64,000 nucleotides of DNA from Eledone cirrhosa (Eukaryota), in assembly GCA_964016885.1 (NCBI GenBank), contig OZ024745.1:112158001-112222000 (forward strand). Direction: 5' to 3'. The translations under genes were made by a program, and so were the position numbers. Numbering within the stretch: the stretch's first letter is position 1; every line of letters starts with the position of its first letter. Under the pieces are notes generated by a model that saw only the letters and a list, made by a program, of their open reading frames with translations, had not been told where the DNA came from and ran no database searches. Below are positions 14,102 to 28,356 of the stretch, in pieces.

Positions 14102-14407
14102 TAGAAAGGGAAATGTTCGTGTATAATATTGAAGTGTGTTTGTGTGTGAAAGACGTTGAAAAAAGAAGAGAAGCGATGGAAGGAGGTTTGTGTTAAGAGA
14201 AATACACACGCACATACACAGACACACATATTCTTACTGGTAATAAGGTGGTAAAGAATTACTGACTTTTCCTATTTATACACACATATATATATACTTA
14301 TTCATATATATGAAGGACAGTCTTTTCTAGTTTCAATTTCTTTATTAGAACCTTCTAGTATTTTTTAATAAGGCTTCGTTTGGAACAACTTCCTAAGTCC
14401 ATAATTT

Positions 14408-14448
14408 AATCGACGTTTCCAGATCCTCACAGTATCATCATCAGGAGT
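14408..14448 (-). ncRNA. Probable decayed hammerhead motif
   Basis: Minus strand: acUC-CUGAUGA-uGAUac...gAUCug-GAAA-cg-UC-GAuu. Core intact, stems imperfect. Confidence 0.45.
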
Positions 14449-15502
14449 GTTGATGACTTATTTTTACTGCCTTTTTTAAAAATAATATTAAAAGCATATG
14501 TATTTTATGAAATTTCACACAATTCTTACTTCGCCTGCCTCATCATGTCTTTCGATGTACAAGTATGTCAGTCAAGCTTCAAATTACGACAAGAAAGCCA
14601 TAGAATACTATAAGTTTTGGAGGAAGAGAGAAAACAATGAGATACACGGTGGAGGGAGTGGCAGCGTAAGAGTAAAAAAGTGAAGGGAAGACTTCTCAGA
14701 TATACAACAGGTAAAACCTGTCTCAACTCCGAACTGTAGAAAGTAAAGATTATCGTTTGGAGATATCAATTTTCGATATGAATTGGAGAGAAGATATACT
14801 GCAGAAGGACAACAAACATAAGAAGAAACAGAAGCAAGATCCGAGGTTAAAAAGAATAGGAATAACTGAAATAAAAAGACAAAGTGAAGCACAAGACTAC
14901 CACGAAGCAAAGCTTGAAACAGAAAGATTAAGAAATTCTGAAAAGTGACAAAAATAAATCTTGTTAGGTTTACGAGTATTACACCAGTCCCAGGATGGGA
15001 AATGGTTGAGTGGTTAATGTGTTGGATTAAACATACCTTGGTATTTGTTCTGGCTTATTGTACTCTTTGTCAATGTTGCCTTTTATTCTTTCGCGGTCGA
15101 TAAATAAAGTACTCGTCTAATACTAGGATCGATTCTTCCTCTTTCTCCCCCACCTCTCTCTCGCTCTATTTTATTTGTTTCTCTGGAGGAAATCGATGGT
15201 GTTTCGACCTGGAGTGGGGTGGGCTCTGTCAGGATTAAAATGTTCAAGACCTGCCATGTGCCAGGACGGCACCTCTACAACTTCATCAGGAGTTAATGGC
15301 CCTCTGCCATTACCCTACATCAGTTCTTACAGTGGGAAATTCTTATCGCTCACAATTTTGTCACAGAATCACAAAAAAAAAAAAAAAAATCTATTTTAAA
15401 TAAACCAATGTCTCAAACCAAAGCTTTGAACTAGGATCGAATGACTAATAAGTTTCAGAAAGCCGGTACAATGTGGTAGACATATATAAAGGGCAAAAGA
15501 TG

Positions 15503-15563
<61 letters not shown>

Positions 15564-15599
15564 ATTAACAAATGGAAACTATATTTATAAAACCATATT

Positions 15600-15664
15600 T
15601 ATTTCATTATACATATTTCAAGGACACCAAGTTAAATTATGGTGTGCTTTCATCAGATAAAATA
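15600..15664 (-). ncRNA. Hammerhead ribozyme, inverted copy of 15802-15866
   Basis: Reverse complement in the left arm of the palindrome. Confidence 0.8.
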
Positions 15665-15801
15665 TAATATAGATCAGTTTTATAAATAAATATTGACATA
15701 CCCTTAAAGAATGCAACCATTACTGTTAGAAGCTCCCGGATAGTAATGGTTGCATTCTTTAAGGGTATGTCAATATTTATTTATAAAACTGATCTATATT
15801 A

Positions 15802-15866
15802 TATTTTATCTGATGAAAGCACACCATAATTTAACTTGGTGTCCTTGAAATATGTATAATGAAATA
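15802..15866 (+). ncRNA. Minimal type I hammerhead ribozyme (same family as 13718)
   Basis: UAUUUUAU-CUGAUGA-AAG c ACACCA loop UGGUGU c CUU-GAAA-uaugua-UA-AUGAAAUA. Confidence 0.82.
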
Positions 15867-16618
15867 AATATGGTTTTATAAATATAGTTTCCATTTGTTA
15901 ATATCGTATTTTTACTCCAAATATTTGTTGAGTGGTTTATATCAGTTATAAAAATATTTGCTTGTTGTATCCCAACAATTTAAATAGAACTTTTACATAT
16001 ATATATATATTTCAACATAATATTTCAGAGTAAACTCCCTTTTCAAATGTAAAACGAAAAAAGGTTCAAAACAAAAAACGAACGATCAATGTGTTCTTCC
16101 CTAACTGATCTAAAGTGTCTAATATTTTGTAATTTTACAGCAGCGGTAACAATTGTAAAATGGTGAAATGCAAATTCATTTGAAACTATTTTCTGGATCA
16201 AGGATCTCCATTCTCATTACCAGCATATGTAATATCTGTTATTTTTCTATGTTTACCAATGAATCAAAATCGTGCCGGACTATGCAACTAATATCGATTT
16301 ATTACTTTGCAAGAATGAAATGTTAGCTTTATAGAAATGAGAGAGTGAGTGACATCAGTTATCTAGGAGAAATTGTTGTAATAAATTCATTTTATTGCTG
16401 TGATCAATTGTTGATGTAGTCTGATAGGGCTGTACACAAGTTATTCGTCTGACATACTTGTGGAACATTTAGAGGTCATAGATACTGCAATGCATGCATA
16501 GTCCCGTGACACCTGATAAAAGCGTGGAGGCGCCGCAGTGATTTTTCTAGGACATTTTAAACCTGGTGGAGCCCATCCCTCTCCAGGTCTGATCACAGCA
16601 GATTTCTTCCAGAGAGAG

Positions 16619-16661
<43 letters not shown>

Positions 16662-17306
16662 GAGAGAAAGAGAGAGTGAGAGAGAGAAAGGAAGAAAGAA
16701 AGAGATACAGAGGAAGAATCAACCCCAGTACTAGACTGGTACTTTTAGTACCAGTCATATACTGGGGTAATTTAATTGACTCCCTTCTCACGCCCCGGTC
16801 TTGCGCCAATGCTAGCAATAATTAGCATATTATTCATTTTAGTTCCTCATATTATTCATTTTAGTTCCTCATATTATTCATTTTAGTTTCCTCAACCAGA
16901 CCATGTACCTACTTATCTAGTCAGAGTTTAGTGACCTATACATGTGCTTAGAGCTAGTAGGGATTTTTACGATAAGAAAAATCATTTTGAGTTCGCCATT
17001 AATTCAGAGTTAACATCAATATTAGCTGAGCTCAAAATTACAATCTGATTCAGTTGTTTACTGTTCTTTCTTGACACCTACATCTAATACTATCTAATAT
17101 TTATCTATAAAACTACTAGATATCTATTTCCCCTTTAAACACAATTATACTAAGATTATTTTTCTCTCACCTCCGAATTCAATACACTTGAACAGTTGAG
17201 AATAACATTTATCATTTATGAAGATTTCTTATCTTTCAGTTGATACACACACACACACACACACACATACACACACACACATACACAGATACATATGTAT
17301 TTAAGC

Positions 17307-17337
<31 letters not shown>

Positions 17338-17606
17338 ATCAAGGTTTAGCAAAGAAAAAGTTTCAAAATAAATTAAAAAAAATTAACTTTACTTACTATA
17401 GTTACCTTTACCGAATCGGTTTCGAGTCCATACGGCAACCGTTGCAAAGAAAGGCTCTCGTCAGAAGGATCTTTTCATTCGAAGAATATAAAATTTTCCC
17501 GAATTCAAATTACTAACTGGCGCTATTCAAAATTGTTCCCGAGATGAGAGAAAATGAAGTGGAATCAATTTTTTCAAGGGCCGAGTGTAAAGATAAAGGC
17601 GGAGGC

Positions 17607-17652
<46 letters not shown>

Positions 17653-18454
17653 TCATTTCATCATCATCATTTCATTTTACGTCCGCTTTTTCCCTGCTTG
17701 CAAGGGTGGGACGGGAACTGATTCTGGCTTGATTTCTACAGCTGGATGCCCTTCCTAACACCAACCTCATTTACAGTGAGTGGTGGGTGCTTTTTTGCCG
17801 TGGCACCTCCACGGTGGAAAGATAGGGACCCCAGTCCCTATCATCTCATTTCTACAGGTGAGTAAACTGGAGCAATGTGAAATAAAGTGTCTTGCTCAAG
17901 GAAACAACACATCACCCGGTCTGAGAATTGAACTCACAACCTTTCGATTGCAAGGCCAATGCTCTAACCACTAAGCCATGTGCCTCCATATATATAATTG
18001 GTGTTAACACTAAGACAACATTTACTCATAATAGAGGTGTATATGAAAACATATATAATACTGCATTTATATACAATAAACATATGGGTAGCTTCGCTGC
18101 CAAAGAAAAATATTTTTTCGTAACCCAAAGATTTTATTTTTTTCTATTTTCCTCCGTGAATATGCCATTGAGTTGCCAATATGTTCTGAGAATGTCAGAC
18201 AGCGCTGTTTCAAGATTTGTTATTCTTTCATCAGTGACACTCACTCAAAACATACAGACATGAAATAGACTATAGCCTTTATAGAAATTTATGTAATAAC
18301 CATTTTCTCGAAATACTCATCTGCATATAGGAAAGAGAAATAGATCGGGTGAAAATGCACTTTTGAGTATAGTGTGAGTTTCGCTGGTCATATTTAATTA
18401 GTGGTAGAATTAAGACTGTTTCAGCATAATAAAGGTATATATGAGAACATATAT

Positions 18455-20030
18455 AAACATATATATGTTTATATACAATAAACATATATATATGTTTATA
18501 TACAATAAACATATATATATATGTTTATATACAATAAACATATATATGTTTATATACAATAAACATATATATATGTTTATATACAATAAACATATATATG
18601 TTTATATACAATAAACATATATATATGTTTATATACAATAAACATATATATATATGTTTATATGCAATAAACATATATATGTTTATATACAATAAACATA
18701 TATATATGTTTATATACAATAAACATATATATATATGTTTATATACAATAAACATATATATGTTTATATACAATAAACATATATATATATGTTTATATAC
18801 AATAAACATATATATGTTTATATACAATAAACATATATATATGTTTATATACAACAAACATATATATATATATATGTTTATATACAACAAACATATATAT
18901 ATATGTTTATATACAATAAACATATATATATGTTTATATACAATAAATATATATATGTTTATATACAATAAACATATATATATGTTTATATACAATAAAC
19001 ATATATATGTTTATATACAATAAACATATATATGTTTATATACAATAAACATATATATATGTTTATATACAACAAACATATATATATGTTTATATACAAT
19101 AAACATATATATATGTTTATATACAATAAACATATATATATATGTTTATATACAATAAACATATATATGTTTATATACAATAAACATATATATATGTTTA
19201 TATACAATAAACATATATATGTTTATATACAATAAACATATATATATGTTTATATACAACAAACATATATATATATATATGTTTATATACAACAAACATA
19301 TATATATGTTTATATACAATAAACATATATATATGTTTATATACAATAAATATATATATGTTTATATACAATAAACATATATATATATGTTTATATGCAA
19401 TAAACATATATATGTTTATATACAATAAACATATATATATGTTTATATACAATAAACATATATATATATGTTTATATACAATAAACATATATATGTTTAT
19501 ATACAATAAACATATATATATGTTTATATACAATAAACATATATATGTTTATATACAATAAACATATATATATGTTTATATACAACAAACATATATATAT
19601 ATATGTTTATATACAACAAACATATATATATGTTTATATACAATAAACATATATATATGTTTATATACAATAAATATATATATGTTTATATACAATAAAC
19701 ATATATATATGTTTATATACAATAAACATATATATGTTTATATACAATAAACATATATATGTTTATATACAATAAACATATATATATGTTTATATACAAT
19801 AAACATATATATATATATATATATGTTTATATGCAATAAACATATATATATTTATATATGTTTATATGCAATAAACATATATATGTTTATATACAATAAA
19901 CATATATATATGTTTATATACAATAAACATATATATATATATATATATGTTTATATACAATAAACATATATATATATATATATGTTTATATGCAATAAAC
20001 ATATATATGTTTATATACAATAAACATATA
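18455..20030. repeat. Palindromic-unit minisatellite (tgtttatatacaataaaca + variable TA)
   Basis: Dozens of tandem units of roughly 25-35 bp. Confidence 0.95.
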
Positions 20031-20464
20031 GTTAGCCTTGTTGCCAAAGAAAAATATTTATTCGTAACGAAAAACTATTTTTTTCTCTATTTTCCTCTGT
20101 GAATAAATCACAGAGCTGCCAGAATGTTATATACATGTGTGTGTGTGTTTGAGTGTGTGTGTGTATGCGTGTGTATATGTGTGTGTGTATGTGTGTGTAT
20201 ATGTGAGTGTGTGTGTGTGTATGTGTGTGTGTATATGTGAGTATGCGTGTGTGTATGTGTGTGTATGTGTATGTATGTGTGTGTATGTGTGTATGTGTGT
20301 GTATGCGTGTGTGTGTATGTGTGTGTGTGTATGTGTGTGTATGCGTGTGTGTGTATGTGTGCGTGTGTGTATATGCGCGCGTGTGTGTATATGTGTGTGT
20401 ATGTGTATGTGTGTGTATGCGCGTGTGTGTGTCTATGTATGTGTGTGATGTATGTGTATGTGTA

Positions 20465-20506
<42 letters not shown>

Positions 20507-20559
20507 CTTGTGTGTGTGTATGCGCGCGTGTGTGTGTGTGTGTGTGTGTTTGTGTGTGA

Positions 20560-20621
<62 letters not shown>

Positions 20622-20819
20622 CGTGCGTGTGTGTGTGTGTACATATAGGTTGAAGAAATAAAAACCAGCGGCTCTCTCAATGATAAACATTCATTGATTG
20701 TCAGCTAAAATATAAAAATATATAAAAAAAATATAAAAGTATACTGAAGTGAAAACCAAACTAAACAGTGAATGTGTTTTACTATATTTTTAGGACAACA
20801 TGACCCTCCCCAAATATAG

Positions 20820-20901
<82 letters not shown>

Positions 20902-21050
20902 AGTATATGTTGGTTGTTTACCGACACCTCAGTATGCAGATTGGAGCACTAGACGAAGTACGCAGGTTGGTTTGTTTACTCCAGAGTAATGTAAAATAAG
21001 TAAGTCAAACAGGCAAAATTTGGCTTCGTTTATTATAAATTATAAATTTT

Positions 21051-21103
21051 CTGCTATATATATTTCGGTGACAGCTATTATTGGCTGTGACCTCTTCAGG
21101 CAG
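21051..21103 (-). ncRNA. Hammerhead ribozyme, inverted copy of 21228-21280
   Basis: Exact reverse complement within the left arm of the inverted repeat. Confidence 0.85.
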
Positions 21104-21227
21104 TCCGAATTAATTCCAGTTCCTCGGAGGACTAACATCACACGCAGGAGCTGGACATGTCGATGTATTGACAGAGTGGAACATACTTCAACAACATGTG
21201 TACCTGTCTTTTCCACACCAACTCGGA

Positions 21228-21280
21228 CTGCCTGAAGAGGTCACAGCCAATAATAGCTGTCACCGAAATATATATAGCAG
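21228..21280 (+). ncRNA. Minimal type I hammerhead ribozyme
   Basis: CUGC-CUGAAGA-GGU c ACAGC caauaaua GCUGU c ACC-GAAA-uauaua-UA-GCAG, with palindromic stem III/loop. Confidence 0.88.
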
Positions 21281-21397
21281 AAAATTTATAATTTATAATA
21301 AGCGAAGCCAAATTTTACATGTTTAACTTACTTATTTTATTTCGTTTCTGAATTTGTTTAGCAAGATTCTTTATCTGAAATCGTGTGTTGAAACCGA

Positions 21398-21782
21398 TAT
21401 TGTTATACTTTGGGAGGGTCATGTTGCCAATAAGAAACACACGCACCAGTTGACCTCTTCAGTGACTGGGGATTTCTTTCTTTGTTTCTGTGCCTTTCCT
21501 TTCTTCTATCCTACGCCATTTTCAGAAAATGGCGTAGGATAGAAGAAAGGAAAGGCACAGAAACGAAGAAAGAAATCCCCAGTCACTGAAGAGGTCACAG
21601 AGTGTGTGACGAAAGAACTATGACTATATATATATAAACAACTATCTGGTTGTGGAACCAACCAACCAACCAGAAATTTATAAATTTGTAAATTTATAAA
21701 TATTTAATAAATTAAATTGAAGTGAAAGCAACTGGTGCGTGTGTTTCTTATTGGCAACATGACCCTCCCAAAGTATAACAAT
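21398..21782. mobile_element. Fold-back PLE 3' terminus (pseudo-LTR)
   Basis: Inner palindrome 21451-21597 centred at 21524, outer arms 21398-21452 and 21729-21782. Homologous to 47403-47650. Confidence 0.9.
21581..21625 (+). ncRNA. Minimal type I hammerhead ribozyme (same family as 47551-47595)
   Basis: AGUCA-CUGAAGA-g-GUCACA gagug UGUGAC-GAAA-gaac-UA-UGACU, with 5-bp stem I and 6-bp stem II. Confidence 0.88.
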
Positions 21783-21791
21783 TACTTATTT

Positions 21792-21828
<37 letters not shown>

Positions 21829-21860
21829 TTAAAAGAATAGAGGTGTAACACACAAGTTAT

Positions 21861-22146
<286 letters not shown>

Positions 22147-22931
22147 GCGTGTATGGTCCCGTAACTCCCGTAAGTTGCTCCAGTATACAGAGCTGAAAAT
22201 GAGTACAAGCAATAGTTGCGGATTTAACTCTGCGATGGACTGGCGTCCTGTCCAGGGGGAGGTCTGGTTCTCTCAGTCGCTTCACGCCATGAAACCGGGA
22301 TAAGCAGACTTTAAAACTTTTTTAGCCAGAATTTCTGGAAAGTTTTTAACGTATGCGAAATTAGATCTAATACATGTGTGCATACTCTGAACAATGCATA
22401 TAGTTTAAAACGAGAAAGAGATGGTGGGAAGAGAGGATTTGATGATGGATGAGATAAATCCATTTTCTTAGTGTGTCCTAAGGTGATTAGATTGACTGTT
22501 TCAGTTAAGCTATGGTTTGTGTTTGATGTAAATAGTAATTTTCTGTAAGTTATTTTCGTGGGTTAATGGTACTTGTCTTTTGAACATCCAAGAAGCTGTA
22601 AAACATGTAAAGCCAGTCTCTATATTTATATGAAGATAACAACAAAATGCATTTACAATTGTTTACATTTTCACAGCGAGGTTTACAATTTAAAACTGTA
22701 GTTATAATTACAGTTATAACTACATTAAATTTATCTTAAATTTTCAAGCGAATATGAAAAATTGGTAAATCCATAGAAGATATAAGAAACAGAACTAAAT
22801 AGAAAGAACATATTTAAAGGATCAACATATCGGCATATTTGGTAGACATATAGATATATACAATATAAATCTGTTAATGATACACAATGGTGTACAGTTC
22901 GGTATAGATCCTGAGGATATTTCTCTCCAAA

Positions 22932-23180
22932 CTGATAGAAACACGGAAACCAGATATGATCATATCAGAAAAGAAACATATAGTATGTAAGATCATAGAT
23001 TTTACTGTACCATATGATATCAAAATCCATACGATAGAGAAAGCAAAGACGAAAAAAAAATTGACAAATATCTGGATAGATAATTAGGAAACATTAGAAT
23101 AAAGTGGAGGTTTTCCCTGTTGTCAGAACATAAAAATAGGTTCAAATTCTATAAGAACTCTTTACGATATCTTGAGAGTT
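22932..23180 (+). mobile_element. RLE endonuclease domain relic
   Basis: Manual translation from 22932: LIETRKPDMIISEKKHIVCKIIDFTVPYDIKIHTIEKAK. Confidence 0.65.
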
Positions 23181-23705
23181 GAGACAACATGCTGCCACTA
23201 AATCTGAAAGCCACTACTTCTCCGAATTCAGAGACCACAACTCCGATACTATGAGCTCGAATGTTTCAGGAAAGAATTGCTGGACAGATTTTACGGGTAA
23301 AAAGCAACCGATAGGAGACCCAGGAGTAGACCCTTAGCAAGTTGGTTGGATAACATCCATGAGTTCGGCTGATCTCGCTTGGGAATCCAGCTAGATCAGT
23401 TGGAGACGATGCTGACCCGTTCGAAGGAGTATTTGAGGACTCAACCCTCTCAGGAATAAGTGGGTGAAGAATAAGATGATGATGATCAATATGAAACATA
23501 TTTTTAATAATAATTCTTTCTTTATTGGAAACTAGGTCCGAAAAACAAGGGACAATACAAATGGACACACACAGCGGGATTTACATATTTAATCGTATAA
23601 ATAAAGAAAACAGGTAACCAAATAATAAATTAAAACAACAGAATTTCTAAATGGGAGGAGCATTACCCAGGGGTAGTTTGTTTAGGGACCCTAAACAAAC
23701 TGTTG

Positions 23706-23739
<34 letters not shown>

Positions 23740-23885
23740 CACTACCGGCAGCAGCAGCAGCAGCATCACCACCACCACACCAGCACTACTACTACTACTA
23801 CCCCCACCACTACCCCCTACTACTACTAACCACCCACTACTACTACTACTATTACTACTACTACTACTACTACCCCACCCCCACC

Positions 23886-23936
<51 letters not shown>

Positions 23937-25918
23937 ACATTTTTTGTGACACCACAATAAACGTTTGTCTCTTTTTTTTTTCCTGGAAAGTATTCACAAG
24001 TTATCTTTTTGCTCGATAGCACAAATTATAAAGCAAAATATAATTGCACACAGATATTTTCTAAAATTCACATGCATATATTTACATATATGTTATGCAG
24101 TAAAAAAATCTATTTTTACACTGTAAAACCATTGGCGTTCCATCGAGAAAGCATCTATTTTTCCAAACTTGTATGGATTTAAAATGAGCCTGACTGTCTG
24201 GTTATATTTGCTGGCTAAACCTATATACTATACTGGAATATATAGAACAAGTTGCATTATAAATGTAGCATGATTTTGTGATTTCCTGATTTCCCGTGGC
24301 TTACCGTGTTTAACTAGAGTACAGATTTTATAAATGATTATCCTTTTGAACAGCAACAATTACACTGTGAAGAAATTTAAATGGAAGCAATATAGCAATA
24401 ACTAATGATATTTATTGCAGTTACTACTAGACGCCTTCTACCATCCTCTTACTACTAATAATGATTTTATTTTATTTTAGGCACAAGGTCAGTAATTTTT
24501 GTGAGGAGGAGACAGTCGATTAAATTGACCCCAATTCGTTACTGGTACTTTATTTTCTCACCCCGTAAGGATCAACGGCAAAGCTAACCTCGGCAGGGTT
24601 TGAACTCAGATCCTAAAGCGCAGTAGCAATATGTCACAAAGCATTTAGTCGGACGCTCCACCGATACTGACAACCCACTGCCCTCCTCTTAGTACTTATA
24701 ATAACCGCACATTTTTTTTAGGGAAGTGTGTAGTCACCTCATTGAAATTTATCGATCCTAGCCAAAACCAAGGACAAAGTCGATCGACTTCGACGGTATT
24801 GTAACTCTAAGGTAAAGGTATGTATTTAAATATCACGACACATTTTGTCTTAGTCCTGATAATAAGTGGATGCAGCATGGCCGAATGGTTCAGAAATTCG
24901 CTTCCAGTCTTTATTTCCAAAGGACAGCCTTGTTTTACGCTGAATCTGCCTGGGAATTGCGTTAAGGAATTTCAGGAGCAGGCTGTTCTATTGATCGAAC
25001 AATTGGAATGTTCATCGTCGAAACCGACGGAAGCTCATTTATTCCTTGATAATAATGGTTTCAAGTTTTGGCAAAATACCACACCTTTAAGGCAATTGAT
25101 GTAGTCAACGTAATCGACCACATCTCTAGATTCGTTCTTATTTTATCATCTAATCTCCAGAACAATGAAAAGCAAAATCGACTTCAGTGGGGTCAGAATT
25201 GTGAACGAAATGAAACACAATTAAATACAACAATTGATTATTACTGTCTTGGATTTTAAGAATTTATACATCCCTAGAGAGAGTTTTTGGCCTTTGATTG
25301 CAGAGTCAAACTTATTTAACCGAAGTTTTTCTTTAACTCACAATATTATAAACGTGAGTCTTTACAAAACAACGTCAATTGTTTTTAAAGATCAAACAAA
25401 CTGTGATATAGATAACAATAATTTTGTTCTTTAATTATTATTCAATTATTTAAATGACAACTAACAGGAAGGGGGGAAAAGGGCAGATTAGATGATAACA
25501 GAAAACATGATAAAGATGTAACAACTCTTTGTAAAGAAAAGATGACGGTTGAGGTGATGAGAAATGAAGGGAGAAAATAAAATAACTAGAATATAAAAGA
25601 GATGAAAATGATAAAGAGATGGGATCTACACCTTATAATCTTTATATAGTTCTTTATATGTTAGTCTTACCGAATTTTACATGATGTTTCCAAAGTGCTA
25701 TTAACATCTTTGAAGAAATCATGCTGTTGTTAACACACATAGATAGTTCAGAGAATCCGAGTGGTTGTGACGTGCTGCCAATCAATCGAATGACTTTCAT
25801 TTTGTAATGGTCTGTAATATTTATGTGAGTAGCAGTAGCACTGATTCAGCTGTAGCCGATTGCCAGTTTCGTAGAAAACCAGCAGCTAATGAAGTATTGT
25901 CTTTCAAAAGGGGAGCTA

Positions 25919-26089
25919 CCGTATTTCCCGGCGTCGAAGACGCTTCTGCTTTCCTAAATTAAGTCTAAAAAATCTACCATGCGTCCTGGAGGCCAAAGGT
26001 TGTTTATTATTTTTTTTTTTCAAATTTTTGGTTGTCAAAATTAGGGTGCATCCTCAAGGACGAAGCGTCTTCGGCGCCGGGAAATACGG
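25919..26089. mobile_element. Tc1/mariner (pogo-type) MITE
   Basis: 28-bp TIRs ccgtatttcccggcg(t/c)cgaagacgcttc with one mismatch, and TA on both sides. Confidence 0.9.
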
Positions 26090-27199
26090 TAGTTTTGAAG
26101 TTTAGTTCTGCAAATTTTATAAGTGTTAATACAAAAGATTGGAATGTCAAGCATTTGTTGTAATTTAAGGGGCTTTAAAAGTGTGTATTTTATGTGAAGG
26201 GAGCGTGTGGTAGCAAATTATTTCCTAGATATGGATAGCAGTTATGATATGTGTGATATGTGCTGTAAAAAGTAACTAGGTTGTCACAGAGATGTCGCAC
26301 GTGTGCTAAATGTTAAGAAGGGATGTGATAGATGTGATGCCATCTGTTTAAGAAAACGTTTTGTTTGTAGTGACAGTGGCAAGGTCATTGATGTTCAGAA
26401 GAAAGGATGTAAGAAATATAAACGAACACGAGAAGACATAAAATTTGATAAACTAGCTGATAGAAGTGGTGTTCATAACGATAATGACATTAGTGGAGGT
26501 GCTGAGAAGAATGGGGGTCATAGTGGTCGTGCTTTTGGTCGGCTTTGATTTGCTGTTATTGTTGAGGATGTTGACTTTGGGCGCATACCAACGAAGGCTG
26601 ACAGATTGTTCGTAGAAATGGATTTTCGTACATGATGGAATAATGAATGGTACGTGAATAAATATTACTGCTATCTAGCTATTGTTGATTAGCTGAAGCA
26701 AATGACTTGTGTGTGTGTGTTGGTATTGTTACTTTATAATCAGAAGCGTTACTTTAATAGATTATTTTCGTATTAGATAGTATTGTTTCCTTTTTTCTTC
26801 TCACTTTGTTATCCCCTGGTGATGCTATACCAAATATCAAGCTCAGTCTTTTCTCCTTAACGATAAGAATAGTAGGCAGTCTATCTTCCATTTCTTGGTG
26901 ATATTTGTTTAATGTTGGAATTTCACAGTAGCTTCACTTCTCACGGGCGGTGGAAGTATTTCTGAATTGGAGGGAGGCGTTTGCAAATTTGGTCAATTTA
27001 GTTGTAGTGATTAGTTTAGCTTTTTGCAATCTAAAAATGGTCAGAAAACTTCTATATGAAATAAACATAACATGTACATAAATTGTAGCGTATTTACAAA
27101 TAGATGTGTTTTGGTAGTTTGGGGAGAAAAATAAAATTATTGTTATTGGTGGGGGCCATGCACCCCCCCCTCTCTATGACTCTAACACTGCATTAAGCG

Positions 27200-27455
27200 G
27201 ATACTCATACTACTTTTCTGTTCTGCTCAGCTTATGTTTCTTGCATAAGTTCGTGTAATCGGTCGTAGCAATGTTATTATGCTTCTGTTTGTATTCCTTT
27301 TGTTCTAGTTTACTGCATTCACTTACAACGTGGCTGATAGTTTCTTTTTTTATTCCACCATATAGTGACCTTACGGTTTTGTCGATGTTATATTGCACAT
27401 AGTTCTTAGAGACTGCGCTTATGCTGTACATATTAATGCTCCAGTCTCTATCAAT
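27200..27455 (-). mobile_element. RLE-type LINE zinc-knuckle relic
   Basis: ETISHVVSECSKLEQKEYKQKHNNIA. Confidence 0.7.
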
Positions 27456-27471
27456 GGTCTGATATTATTAT

Positions 27472-27882
27472 TGGTAGATTGGCAGTATCGGTAGAGTGTC
27501 GGACACCATGCTTTGAAGCATAGAGCTACGTCCCTTTATGATCTGAGTTCAAATCCCGCCGGGGTTAACTTTGCCTTTCATCCTTACGGGGTCGATAAAA
27601 TAAAGTACCAGTAATGTACTGAGTAATTGCTGGCCTTGTGCCTAAAATAGAAACAATTATTATTGGTAGATTGGCAGTATCGGTAGAGTATCAGACACCA
27701 TGATTTTCAGCATAGAGTTATGGCCCTTTACGTTCTGAGTTCTCATCTCGCCGAGGTTAACTTTGCCTTTCATCCTTATGGGGTCGATAAAATAAGCATC
27801 AGTATAATGTACTGTGGTCGATTTAATCAACTTTTCCCTCCCCCAAAATTGCTGGCCTTGTGCCTAAAGTAGAAACAATTAT
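27472..27882 (+). mobile_element. Two tandem SINEs
   Basis: Same SINE family consensus. Confidence 0.85.
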
Positions 27883-28356
27883 TATAACAACGAGAACACC
27901 AACGATAACAACACTAAGAACAACGATAATAACGATAAGAATTACAGTTTCAAAAGTAACAAAACTAACGCCGATAGCAACAACGACACCAATACTAGTA
28001 TAATGACTAAGAATCCTGTTTCATACGCCAACGTAGACATCATAGGAACCCAGCACTCACTTGAAACTAAAAACGAGGCGATAAGAAAATATAGGGGTGA
28101 TAGTCATGATTGCTCTAGGCAAAAATGTCGGCGAAACCAGCAGAAAAGCTATAGAATATAAAATATTCTCATAAGAGTTTGAAAATTAGAATTTGCCACG
28201 TCACGAGTGGAGATATGCCCGGAAAAGATATAGGATGCTCTAGGGTACATAACGAAAGGGGGGATATGCAACTGTAGTGGTAATTAGTCAAGGAGAACAG
28301 GATATCTGTTGATTCTCTGCTACACTTGAAAAGGAAAATCAGTGTAGAGAGGGCAG

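Larger units (their letters stand above)
15560..15906. repeat. Near-perfect palindrome (arms ~165 bp, 17-nt loop) with paired HHRs
   Basis: 15560-15724 is the reverse complement of 15742-15906. The left end abuts (TA)n. Confidence 0.95.
20992..21339. repeat. Inverted repeat (arms ~117 bp) with paired HHRs
   Basis: 20992-21108 versus 21223-21339, with few mismatches. Confidence 0.92.
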
